Part shown: one piece after another, positions 47,081 through 55,223 of the stretch
Numbering within the stretch: position 1 is the first letter of the stretch
Layout of the letters: the number at the start of each line of letters is the position of its first letter
Virus record (IMG/VR): IMGVR_UViG_3300035557_000069
DNA from: a virus
Direction: 5' to 3' (one strand)
DNA: 64,000 nucleotides
The notes under the pieces: generated by a model
Database searches by the model: none
What the model was told of the DNA's origin: nothing
What the model saw: the letters and a program-made list of their open reading frames with translations, nothing else
Position numbers and translations under genes: made by a program

Positions 47081-48008
47081 TTACTTCGTCACATCGATGA
47101 AGGGCATCGGAGCATTCCCACCCATATACGCGGGTAGCTTACCATCCCACTTCTCAATAGCTTTCAGTTGCACGTATTCCTTACCACCCTGCTTCTGAAT
47201 AGCCTCTGCCTGAATGCGAATCTGTTCTGCCTCTGCTTCTGCCATCGCTACCTTCTGCTCGGCTTCGACCTTCACACGCTCAAGGTCATTTCGTGCCTTC
47301 ATAGCTTGCTGTTCGGCAGTCTGCTTTGCTTCAATAGCGGCATTGAACGATTGTGAGAAGTGGAAGTTTGTAATCTGAATGTCTTCCACGACCACGTTAT
47401 ACTCAGAGATAGACCGACGGAGGGCAGCCGCAATCTCATTCTTTACAGCTTCACGCATGGAAAGCAATTGCTCAGCAGAATACTTCGCTACGACTGCCTT
47501 TACAACCTCTTGAATACGTGGAGCGATAATCTTGTTCTCAACGTCTGTACCGATGGTGGAATAAATCTCCGACAGTTTGTTTTCATTGAGGTGATAGTTC
47601 AACGCTACCTCAGTATCAACATTTTGAAGGTCTTTCGTGCCAGCGTTTCGCCGGCGCTTGTGCTTTCTGTGTCTTTACGTCAATGAACACAATGCGGTCA
47701 CGAATAGGTACTCGGAAGTTCAGACCAGAACTAGCAACATTGGAAACAGAGCCGAACGATAGAACGACCGCGCGTTGACCAGCATCAACAGTGTAGAAAC
47801 AGTTGGTTGCCACCATAATCAGCAATCCCGCAAGGATGCCGAAGAGTAGATAGCGAACCTTCAACGGAAACACGAACGGCGTCTCCGCTCGTTTGGAAGT
47901 GGGAAGAGCATTGTATTCTGCTTTCTCTTCAATATACGCCCACACATAAAAACCAATACCCAACAACACAAGCACAATCACGAGGATATTCACGACCAAA
48001 GCCAACAT
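47081..48008 (-). pseudogene. SPFH/band-7 (prohibitin/HflK/C-like) membrane-protein gene split by a +1 frameshift near 47640 into ORFs 47616-48008 (TM plus SPFH N-terminus) and 47081-47602 (SPFH C-terminus).
   Basis: The upstream ORF ends ...VDAGQRAVVLSFGSV...NFRVPIRDRIVFIDVKTQKAQAPAKRWHERPSKC*. The next frame continues with the canonical TKDLQNVDTEVALNYHL...RIQEV...NVVVEDIQITNFHFSQSFNAAIEAKQTAEQQA (SPFH core plus C-terminal coiled coil). Junction read directly from the sequence. Confidence 0.6.
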
Positions 48009-48033
48009 TATCTTGTTTCCTTTCTGTTAGGGG

Positions 48034-48249
48034 TTAATCTTCAAATTGCTCAAGCCTAAAAACAGAGTTTGCACAAACAACCTTCGGTATGAGAATAGTG
48101 TTTCCACTACAATCATAAAAGGTCTTGTAACCTTGACCCGCGTTCTTTAGACGTTCAATAGTACGTTCCAATTCAACGTCATCCAACTTTTCTGGTTTAC
48201 TGTAAAATGTACCAACCGGCGTAAACGCCACTATCCTGAACTTTCTCAT
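48034..48249 (-). CDS. Hypothetical protein, 71 aa.
   Basis: ORF track. Confidence 0.35.
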   Translation of the reverse strand: MRKFRIVAFTPVGTFYSKPEKLDDVELERTIERLKNAGQGYKTFYDCSGNTILIPKVVCANSVFRLEQFED

Positions 48250-48251
48250 TT

Positions 48252-48440
48252 CTATTCCTTAGCGAAAGAGGTGCAACCTGGCGCCCAGTTCGCCTTGAAG
48301 TCAATCTTGGCCATACGGCGATCAACGTCATATGCCCACGATGCCTTACAGAAACCAACTGGAGCCTGACCGAAGTCGAGATTTTTACATTCGTAGCAAG
48401 TACGATCGGTCGGAGTCTTTTCAGCGTCGAGAATGGTCAT
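48252..48440 (-). CDS. Cys-containing small protein, 62 aa.
   Basis: ORF track. CYECK ... C ... C. Confidence 0.35.
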   Translation of the reverse strand: MTILDAEKTPTDRTCYECKNLDFGQAPVGFCKASWAYDVDRRMAKIDFKANWAPGCTSFAKE

Positions 48441-48441
48441 C

Positions 48442-48663
48442 TTAGGCTCCGCAGTATTCCGAGAGAAGGAACTTGGCCCGGTTCAGAGTCTTCCGGGCGG
48501 CTTCAACATCACCCATCGCCATTTCTTCCTGAGCATCGCTCAAGAGCGACATAACGACAAACGAAGCCCCGTTATGCTTGAACCCGAAAGTCATCTCAAC
48601 CGCTTTTGCATAGGCAGTGATATCTTCACACCCAAACATCTCAAGCATCGCTTCTTTCGTCAT
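48442..48663 (-). CDS. Hypothetical protein, 73 aa.
   Basis: ORF track. Confidence 0.35.
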   Translation of the reverse strand: MTKEAMLEMFGCEDITAYAKAVEMTFGFKHNGASFVVMSLLSDAQEEMAMGDVEAARKTLNRAKFLLSEYCGA

Positions 48664-48702
48664 CTCAGTTCCTTTCGTGGTGGGAGTGTCAACTACAGTT
48701 AC

Positions 48703-48731
48703 AATATACAGTAAAGCGTGGTGACTGTCAA
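48703..48731 (-). promoter_or_regulatory. Sigma70-type promoter: -35 TTGACA (48726-48731), N17, -10 TATATT (48703-48708). It is embedded in a 9-bp inverted repeat (GCGTGGTGA ... TCACCACGC) that, read on the plus strand, is followed by TTTTTTG.
   Basis: Read from the sequence. It may double as a terminator for plus-strand read-through. Confidence 0.5.
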
Positions 48732-48842
48732 GAAAAATCTTTCAATCACCACGCTTTTTTGTTTTGGCGGAGGACTTTGGCGCAACCCGCTTATCTCGCG
48801 ACTTCCACGGAGCCCGGTTATTTCATCCACCAGCCTGAATTG

Positions 48843-50228
48843 TTAGATAACAACCTCGTACTTGCTGACAGTGTTCAGCATAACATTACGTGGATTAGTA
48901 ATGTCGCCAGAAAGTACACCCTTAAGGACCTGCGGGCTGTAACCACCAATCAACGCGGTGTTACCGTCGTTGCGGAGAACAGGTAGATTGGAACCACGCC
49001 CGTTCACGTTCCAGAACACAACAGCCGGCATCTTGTAACCGGAAGCCTCATACTGCTTACGGATACGATGATAGGTCGAGTCATCCGCCCCATTGATACA
49101 ACCATCGAACTGCATATCCGAAACAATCAGGATAGCATCAGGTAGTTCCGACTGGTCAAGACGGTTCTTCACTGCCGTGTTGAGGATGGTAGCGAACACT
49201 GCATCCAGATTAGTGTTCATACCCCATTCCGAACGCTCAATATAGTGCATCTTCTGCCCGAGCGTGGTGTACTTGGAAATGTCCTTGAACTCAGGACGCT
49301 CGGAGAACGTCACGAACTGGTTCTTGAACTGACCCTCATTGCGTTCAGCACAATAGATACCCAGACCAACAGCAATATCGATTGCCTGAATAGACCCCGA
49401 GACCGGCGTGAACATGGAACCAGAAACGTCGATGACAGGCAGAATGTTACGTTGCTTGCCTTCGAACAGGTCAGGAAGAGCATTCCACTGAACATCCGCG
49501 GAAGCATTGTGTTGACGGAGACCACGGACGATATCGTGGGGGAATACAGCACCCGCCTTGATAGTGTCCTTACCTTCCTTCACACGATTGATGAAGGCAA
49601 CAAAACGCTCGTTGTCGTTACGTCCGAACGCCTTACCGTAGCGAGACATAGCCACAGAAGGGACCGAGGAATACTTGATAACATCCCAACGCTTCGCGCA
49701 CATGTCCTGCTCAACAGTCCTGGACAGACCAACAATCAGCTTACGGAAGCGAGACTCGGAGAGACCCATTTCCTTCGCCAGCTTGAAGAACGAAGCCTTA
49801 CGGCGTGGAACCCACTTTGCCGCCAGACCATTGCCTTCGCGAAGAGCGTTAGCATAGACACGGATCGCGTTAGCCTCACAAGGAGTACCAACGAGTTCCA
49901 GAACGTCATCCCAACGACCGTACTTCGGCACCAGGTCGATGTTGCGATTGACGTAGGTAGGATGGGTGTTAGCCAGATACTTGAGAGCCTTACGGAAGGC
50001 AGAACGCTCCCCCGCGCCGCCGCGGCAGTCACGACCCCAGAACACGACCTGCAGGGCAGTCTTCGCGTCTTCGGTCAGAGCCGAACGAAGGTCATTGGTG
50101 ATATCCTCACGACGGTACTGAACCATCTTGAAGAACAGATCCACGCATGGATCAAGGGAGGAACGATTGGTGACCGAACCGTTTTCGGTCAGAGTGGTGT
50201 TGTTGACGGCATTGAACAGAGTGGACAT
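48843..50228 (-). CDS. von Willebrand factor A domain protein with an ~250-aa helical N-terminal DUF2828-like region, 461 aa.
   Basis: MIDAS motif ILPVIDVSGSMFTP (DxSxS). The N-terminal VVFWGRDCRGGAGERSAFRKALKYLANTHP is typical of the DUF2828 family as I recall it. Confidence 0.65.
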   Translation of the reverse strand: MSTLFNAVNNTTLTENGSVTNRSSLDPCVDLFFKMVQYRREDITNDLRSALTEDAKTALQVVFWGRDCRGGAGERSAFRKALKYLANTHPTYVNRNIDLVPKYGRWDDVLELVGTPCEANAIRVYANALREGNGLAAKWVPRRKASFFKLAKEMGLSESRFRKLIVGLSRTVEQDMCAKRWDVIKYSSVPSVAMSRYGKAFGRNDNERFVAFINRVKEGKDTIKAGAVFPHDIVRGLRQHNASADVQWNALPDLFEGKQRNILPVIDVSGSMFTPVSGSIQAIDIAVGLGIYCAERNEGQFKNQFVTFSERPEFKDISKYTTLGQKMHYIERSEWGMNTNLDAVFATILNTAVKNRLDQSELPDAILIVSDMQFDGCINGADDSTYHRIRKQYEASGYKMPAVVFWNVNGRGSNLPVLRNDGNTALIGGYSPQVLKGVLSGDITNPRNVMLNTVSKYEVVI

Positions 50229-50635
50229 GATATGTCACCTTTCATAATAAGCTGGCTGGTCTTGGACAGTTTAAAGTGATATCCATCACTTGCGGTCGGA
50301 TGACCTTCTCAGTAGGAGAGTTGCTGAACCCAGCCATGGGTTAACGTTCTGAGTGTACTTTCTTTTCCAGTAGTATGAATGGTAGTTAAGTTGCTGTAGA
50401 CACTCACTTTAGCCAAGATGAAGCTGTTCTGGATGGTTTATCGATACCGTGTGTTCAGTCATACCGATAGATGGCGTTATTGCCAATTACTTCATTGCCG
50501 ATAGGTTAGATGTTTCTCTTAGCCATGTCTTTAAGTAGTAGTAATTGCTGTACCCATCCAAGGTTTATTTGTTGCTCTTCAATACATAGACACTATAACA
50601 TCACCATTTTTTCGTGTCAAACTTTCTCTAAAAAA

Positions 50636-50938
50636 TTAATTTAATTGTACATTTCCCGAACCTGTAACGACTACACCAACGGGGCATCCCGCTACAGGGT
50701 CAGACATTCGTCCTGCGCCACGCGAAGAAATCTGGACGTTCGGCGAAAACCCCACCATAAGAGTTGGATGACCGCAAGTGCAAATTGCCATATCACCTGC
50801 ACGAACCGTGCCCAGATTGTTGGTCAAAACAGTAGTATCGCCGGTGATGAAGAAACCCACAACACCGCGGCAGGTCGGATCAGCATGGCAACAACACACC
50901 GCGGTGACAATATCACCAACTCTAGCTTGACCTAACAT
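50636..50938 (-). CDS. PAAR-repeat spike-tip protein (T4 gp5.4-like), 100 aa.
   Basis: Repeated PAAR-type motifs RVGDIVTAVCCCH..., TVRAGDMAICTCGHP and AGRMSDPVAGCPVG. Size is typical. Confidence 0.7.
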   Translation of the reverse strand: MLGQARVGDIVTAVCCCHADPTCRGVVGFFITGDTTVLTNNLGTVRAGDMAICTCGHPTLMVGFSPNVQISSRGAGRMSDPVAGCPVGVVVTGSGNVQLN

Positions 50939-51645
50939 TAGATGACGCCCGGAGTAATGATACTCATAACTTCGGCAAGAGTACCCGTGGCATTCTGTCC
51001 GAACGCAACATATGCATAAGAACTGATGAAAGCCATTGCACTAGCATTAGCCGAGACCTCACCGCTTCCGGTAGTCTCAAACGTAGCAGTCAACGTGGCG
51101 ATATCCGCAACAAGAGCCTCGTGGAGTGGTGTAAAGTTCTCTAGAAGATAACCAACGTCCGGACCTTCACCAATTTCCGGCTGATTGGCAATCAACGCGG
51201 CAAACTCCGCCTCATAGCTTGAGTATATAGCCACTTCGCTGGCTTGATAGTCGGCATCGAAAGTTTTTGTACCCAGAAACATATAGGTACTTTGTTCAGC
51301 AACTGGCGGCAGACCATCTAGATTGTTAACCTCATTCTGAACATTAGTGGCGGATGACAGAAACATCAACTTGGTTTTATAAGCATCATTTGCCAACCAA
51401 GTATTGTTATAATGGTCAAGATATACTTCTTTTAACAATTCAAGGGCAGCCAGAACCTCAGCCTTCTCAACGGAGATATCAACAGGCGTCTCAATGGGTT
51501 CTGGATCACCAATCATCTCATAAACGTAAATCGTTTCATAAGTGGTATTAGCAACAGTCTTTAACGCATCAATCGCGGTAAAGATAGCTGTATACGGATT
51601 GGAGACTGGATTACCAGAGGCATCTATTTTATCAGAGTAAGACAT
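50938..51645 (-). CDS. Hypothetical protein co-transcribed upstream of the PAAR gene, 235 aa.
   Basis: AGGAG SD. Its stop overlaps the PAAR start. Confidence 0.45.
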   Translation of the reverse strand: MSYSDKIDASGNPVSNPYTAIFTAIDALKTVANTTYETIYVYEMIGDPEPIETPVDISVEKAEVLAALELLKEVYLDHYNNTWLANDAYKTKLMFLSSATNVQNEVNNLDGLPPVAEQSTYMFLGTKTFDADYQASEVAIYSSYEAEFAALIANQPEIGEGPDVGYLLENFTPLHEALVADIATLTATFETTGSGEVSANASAMAFISSYAYVAFGQNATGTLAEVMSIITPGVI

Positions 51646-51655
51646 GGAGACTCCT

Positions 51656-51831
51656 AAAAGGGTAACCCGTTTTTTTCTGTTTCCAAGACAAAACGGGTAA
51701 AATCTCAGTCGCGGTTAAGCGGCAAGGGCAAAGTCATACTCGCCTTTTATTGCTTTTGTCTGATATACGGCCATGACATTCCGGACTGTCCATCTTCGTA
51801 CTTGTTACCCAGTCGAAACCTTGGCACCCCC
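51656..51831 (-). ncRNA. ssrA: tmRNA (ssrA) 5' acceptor piece: acceptor 5' strand GGGGGUG (51831-51825), spacer CCAAG, D-loop analogue GUUUCGACUGGG (51819-51808), then a downstream region ending in an intrinsic terminator hairpin (51665-51698 plus a U-tract).
   Basis: Read from the sequence. Spacing and sequence match the E. coli tmRNA 5' end GGGGCUG-AUUCU-GGAUUCGACGGG. GGGGGUG pairs with the 3' strand CACCUCC at 51931-51937, with a G3·U wobble. The terminator is ACCCGUUUU...AAAACGGGU plus CUUUU. Confidence 0.55.
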
Positions 51832-51926
51832 ATCAACAGCATACTAGCAGAAGCCTCTAATCTCGCCCCAGTGGGCATAACACATGGCCTCAGTGCCCCG
51901 ATGTGTCCGGGATGATAGTATGCTCT

Positions 51927-52010
51927 TGGTGGAGGTGGCGGGATCGAACCCGCGTCCTAAGCACCTTTCGGTTGACTTCATACAGTCATATTGCTATTTA
52001 GTTATTACTA
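51927..52010 (-). ncRNA. ssrA: tmRNA (ssrA) 3' piece: T-arm, acceptor 3' strand and ACCA end (core 51927-51957), with short hairpins upstream. It lies 95 nt upstream of the 5' acceptor piece, so the gene looks circularly permuted (two-piece). The upstream boundary is uncertain.
   Basis: Minus strand reads GGAC-GCGGG-UUCGAU-CCCGC-CACCUCC-A-CCA. The E. coli tmRNA 3' end is GGACGCGGGUUCAACUCCCGCCAGCUCCACCA. A73 discriminator. No canonical tRNA 5' half lies within 100 nt upstream. Confidence 0.55.
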
Positions 52011-52328
52011 GAAACGTATTTCGTGATCAACAAGTGGTCCAAGATACTTGTTAATATCAGGATAAGTGCGAATAGTTTTCCACTCACACCACCTCGGTTT
52101 ATGATATCCTCGTTCCGCGTGTTCACTAGTATCAGAAAGATACTCAAACAGGGCGGCGACCATAAGAATCATAAACGGATGGGTCTTTCTATTCACATTA
52201 TGATGTTTATTAAACTGTGAAAGATACGCTCTTCCAGTATCACAATGAGCCACAGTTGTGCAGGACTTCACAACCTTTATGACTTTTTTCAAGTCCGAGT
52301 GTGCTTTACAGTTGTCATAGAAACTCAT
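52008..52328 (-). CDS. ORF of 106 aa that ends in three consecutive stops (UAG UAA UAA), ~50 nt before the tmRNA T-arm. It may be a protein gene and/or may contain the tmRNA tag reading frame.
   Basis: ORF track. SD AAGGAA upstream. The triple-stop reading is from the sequence. Confidence 0.3.
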   Translation of the reverse strand: MSFYDNCKAHSDLKKVIKVVKSCTTVAHCDTGRAYLSQFNKHHNVNRKTHPFMILMVAALFEYLSDTSEHAERGYHKPRWCEWKTIRTYPDINKYLGPLVDHEIRF

Positions 52329-52748
52329 TGTTCGTTCCTTTCATAATGAAGAATAAACACCGTATTACGCACCCCCGTAACCACAGCCTCTTTAAACCCA
52401 ATACATAACTTTCTTTACTTTAATGTGTATTGGAGAAGTAGGACCCATTGAACTCTCTGGATGCTTTATGTGCTTACGTAACAACATCTTACGACTTGGC
52501 GAAGCTAGACCCTTTTAGTTCTATAAGTATAGGGTCAATTCAGATTGTTCGGACACGGTGTTTATAAACTTGCTATTAAATCACCTCTAGTGGGCAGAAA
52601 TCCGGAAAATGTCTGATAAAGACCTTTTGGTGTGGCAACTCTTTCAGTTGCTGGTCATGGGCGCAACACTCAACCGAACTTTGATTGAGAATGAAATATG
52701 GGCACCTCGATGAACACCCACCCAAGGGAATAGTCACCTTGCGTTGTG

Positions 52749-52952
52749 TCATACGAACGTTTTATCCTGACAGTCTTGACAGATACCAGAAATCAAAAAC
52801 TCTTTACGGGAAATAGCGTCACGAAATTCCGTAGCTGATTTGCCGCAGAACATACAAGTGTTCTGGCTCAACGTCTCGGTGAGAGTTTTACCGAACGTCT
52901 CTTTGGCAAAACCATCGATGAATGCTTGCATTTCAGGCGTCTTCTGGCTCAT
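52749..52952 (-). CDS. Small Cys-containing protein, 67 aa from the Met at 52952 (MSQKTPEMQAF...).
   Basis: GAGGAG sits 8 nt upstream of the ATG at 52952. The track's longer N-terminal extension is low-complexity. CMFCGK ... CQDCQ. Confidence 0.4.
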   Translation of the reverse strand: MSQKTPEMQAFIDGFAKETFGKTLTETLSQNTCMFCGKSATEFRDAISRKEFLISGICQDCQDKTFV

Positions 52953-53111
52953 ACATATTCTCCTCTTCGATTTGAAAGGCTTCGCGTTTCTCTTTCCGGC
53001 GGGCAGTGCGGAACATCTCGCGGCGCTTTCCGGGCGGCGGGGCGCAACATGGACAGTTCCAACCACCAACACCCACTTTGAGAAACTTCAAGTATCGTTT
53101 TCGTTCCATAA

Positions 53112-53683
53112 TTAGAACCCTTTCACCATTGGGTACTGATTGAACGCCTTGGCAAGCAACTCAAAATCATCAGTCAGTTCCGGGTTAGCAACTTCAACGT
53201 TATTGACGTTGACCCAGACGACCTCGGCCCATTTATTGTTGAGGTCTTTCAAACCATCAACAGCCACACCGAGAGTCTTCACAAGCGAGTAACCGAAGCG
53301 GCGTTCACCTTCCCAGAAGACAACACCCTTGGTACCTTTCTTGACCTTACGACCCGCGACGACCACGACTTCGGAGCCCTTGCGAACGCGGTGGGCGCGT
53401 TCAAGGTCTTCCGATTTCAGTTTGCGAAAAGCGAGTTCACGTTTATGCGCGGCATACTTCGCCTTGACTTCATCCGTCGCGTCAATCTTGCACGAAACAT
53501 CGCCGCAACCGAAGCGAGTGCTGTAGACAATACGCGACTCAGGCGCGTTTTTCTCTTTGTTCCAGACAATCACAAGTTCGTCCCAGTCATCATACCACGA
53601 CTGGTGACCAGTCTCAAGAACAGCGCCCTCAAACTCAACAATCTTTTCGCCAGTTTCGTGATTGGTGTAAATGACGGGCATTG
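53112..53683 (-). CDS. Hypothetical protein, ~189 aa from the Met at 53683 (MPVIYTNHETGEK...).
   Basis: The PeSL promoter and AAGGAGAGACTCA-ATG fix the start at 53683. The track ORF extends 17 codons upstream, across the promoter. Confidence 0.45.
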
Positions 53684-53745
53684 AGTCTCTCCTTGGTTGG
53701 CGTCGATTACAGATACATCTTACACCAACCAAGGAGACTTGTCAA
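53684..53745 (-). promoter_or_regulatory. Early promoter cassette of the PeSL-like family: -35 TTGACA (53740-53745), N17, -10 TAAGAT (53717-53722). Its 12-bp inverted repeat spans the spacer and the SD.
   Basis: Minus strand reads TTGACAagtCTCCTTGGTTGGtgTAAGATgtatctgtaatcgacgCCAACCAAGGAGagactcaATG. Confidence 0.65.
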
Positions 53746-53755
53746 CAACTATTTT

Positions 53756-55180
53756 TCACAAAATGGGTTTATTTGCGTTCTCCCGAATCTTCTCAAAGTT
53801 AGTCAAGGCAACAAACGGCTCATACAGTTTCTTCGTCATAGTGTAGACCAAGTTCAGGATAATCTTGTCTTCCCAATTCTGGTCATCCAGACGAACGGTT
53901 TTTGCCTTGCCTTCCTCGTCCTCCACGACAGTGAGGCGACCACGTTTGCTTTCTTTGCCCGGTGCTTCCTTGAAAACATCAATCCATTTACCATTGACAA
54001 GCAGGGCGCAACACTTCATGGCGAATCCGTAGGTGTCGCGGTTAACGTGTTGGAGCAGGGCACCACCCATCCCGAATGCTACGTTGTCAGCACTGAAACC
54101 TGCCCACTTGAGAGTAGCTAGGATTTCGTTGATGCTGGCTTTGTTGATGCCGTCTCCTTGAATAACGCGAACATAAGGAGGAAGCACTTTGTAACCCTTG
54201 CTGTTCCGAGTGGTACCAAACTTCTCTGCAAGGATTTCAACACAACGGCGTACGGTCGGAGCGGGGTCCCCCGAGTCCGGACGAATAACCAGAGTACCAC
54301 CAACTGCGCCGAGGGCTTCAACATCTGCCTTCAACTCGGTACCCCAGAGTTCACAAGCCTTGAAGATATCGTAGCTGTCCGAAACAACAGCCACAAGCTT
54401 GCCAGGACCGCCGTATTGTTTCAGCATATTGCGGTATGCTTCAACTTCGTTGTCTTTACCCCAACTGGTGATGGTGCTATGTTCAGCCGCAGGAATACTG
54501 AACCCTGCCATCTCTGCACCGTAGTAGTGATTGGCATACTGAACACCCTCAACAGTGTCCGAGCCGAGAAAGTTTACAAGGTGAGCCGCACCGCCGATAC
54601 CAGCAGTTTCACCCGAAGAGCAACCACGACCACCGAAGTCATGGAGTTTGAATGCGACTTGCTCTTGAACGTCACTGGTCCGCTCAAGGAAGTCTTTGAT
54701 GACTTTCTTGCAGTCATAACTTACAGTGGCGACCGAAGACGGGTACCAGATGGCGCGAAGTAGAGCCGTTTCGAGGAAGTTCACGATCCAAAAGCACACA
54801 GGATCAGTACAACATATCGTAAGTAAGCAATTACGATTTTTAATAACAGTTCCTTCAGGTAAAGCCTTGATAGTGACAGGCATATATCCTTTATACTCGG
54901 TTAGTATATACTCAAATCCTTGTTTATTGAAAGGAACCCCATGTGCTTTACAGAACAGTTCAGCCTCTTCAATATCAGCTTGAGTAATCGGGGTGAGTAG
55001 ATAGTCCTTGATGAACATCTGTAATCCAAAGAACACAAGATGATCTCCTCCTCTCGCTTCAATATACGATTGCATCCCCTCGGCTCCCGGAGGATATTGT
55101 CCTTGATGTTCAGTGTTATTGATACCGATTGAATGCGAGAATTTGTATGAATCGGTGGATAGTAGGATATTTCTTTTCAT
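53756..55180 (-). CDS. nadV: Nicotinamide phosphoribosyltransferase (NadV/Nampt), 474 aa.
   Basis: Length and motifs (STDSYKFSH N-terminus, IRPDSGDP, GDGI) are typical of Nampt. Confidence 0.85.
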   Translation of the reverse strand: MKRNILLSTDSYKFSHSIGINNTEHQGQYPPGAEGMQSYIEARGGDHLVFFGLQMFIKDYLLTPITQADIEEAELFCKAHGVPFNKQGFEYILTEYKGYMPVTIKALPEGTVIKNRNCLLTICCTDPVCFWIVNFLETALLRAIWYPSSVATVSYDCKKVIKDFLERTSDVQEQVAFKLHDFGGRGCSSGETAGIGGAAHLVNFLGSDTVEGVQYANHYYGAEMAGFSIPAAEHSTITSWGKDNEVEAYRNMLKQYGGPGKLVAVVSDSYDIFKACELWGTELKADVEALGAVGGTLVIRPDSGDPAPTVRRCVEILAEKFGTTRNSKGYKVLPPYVRVIQGDGINKASINEILATLKWAGFSADNVAFGMGGALLQHVNRDTYGFAMKCCALLVNGKWIDVFKEAPGKESKRGRLTVVEDEEGKAKTVRLDDQNWEDKIILNLVYTMTKKLYEPFVALTNFEKIRENANKPIL

Positions 55181-55223
55181 AGTAAGTCTCCCTTACTTTG
55201 GTGATGGTGAGTTGTCTATCAAC

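Noticed and set aside
49245-50279. 344-aa plus-strand ORF.
   Set aside because: It lies entirely antisense to the well-supported vWA/DUF2828 gene. It is Arg/Thr/Leu-rich with no motifs, and the surrounding region is transcribed on the minus strand.
48843-52010. Rsr/Ro60 plus Y-RNA module (vWA protein plus the nearby tRNA-like RNA).
   Set aside because: The tRNA-like element is better explained as the 3' end of a tmRNA (CCA end, G3·U, UUCGAC partner). I cannot confirm that the protein's N-terminal domain is a TROVE fold.
51927-52030. Ordinary tRNA gene.
   Set aside because: The T-arm, acceptor and CCA are present, but no complementary 5' acceptor strand, D-arm or anticodon arm can be formed from the 100 nt upstream. 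The sequence matches the tmRNA 3' terminus instead.
51927-52376. One-piece tmRNA running 52376 to 51927, using a second GGGGGUG at 52370-52376 as the 5' end.
   Set aside because: That 5' candidate lacks the UUCGAC D-loop analogue. The GGGGGUG at 51831 has it with exact E. coli spacing, which favours the permuted arrangement.
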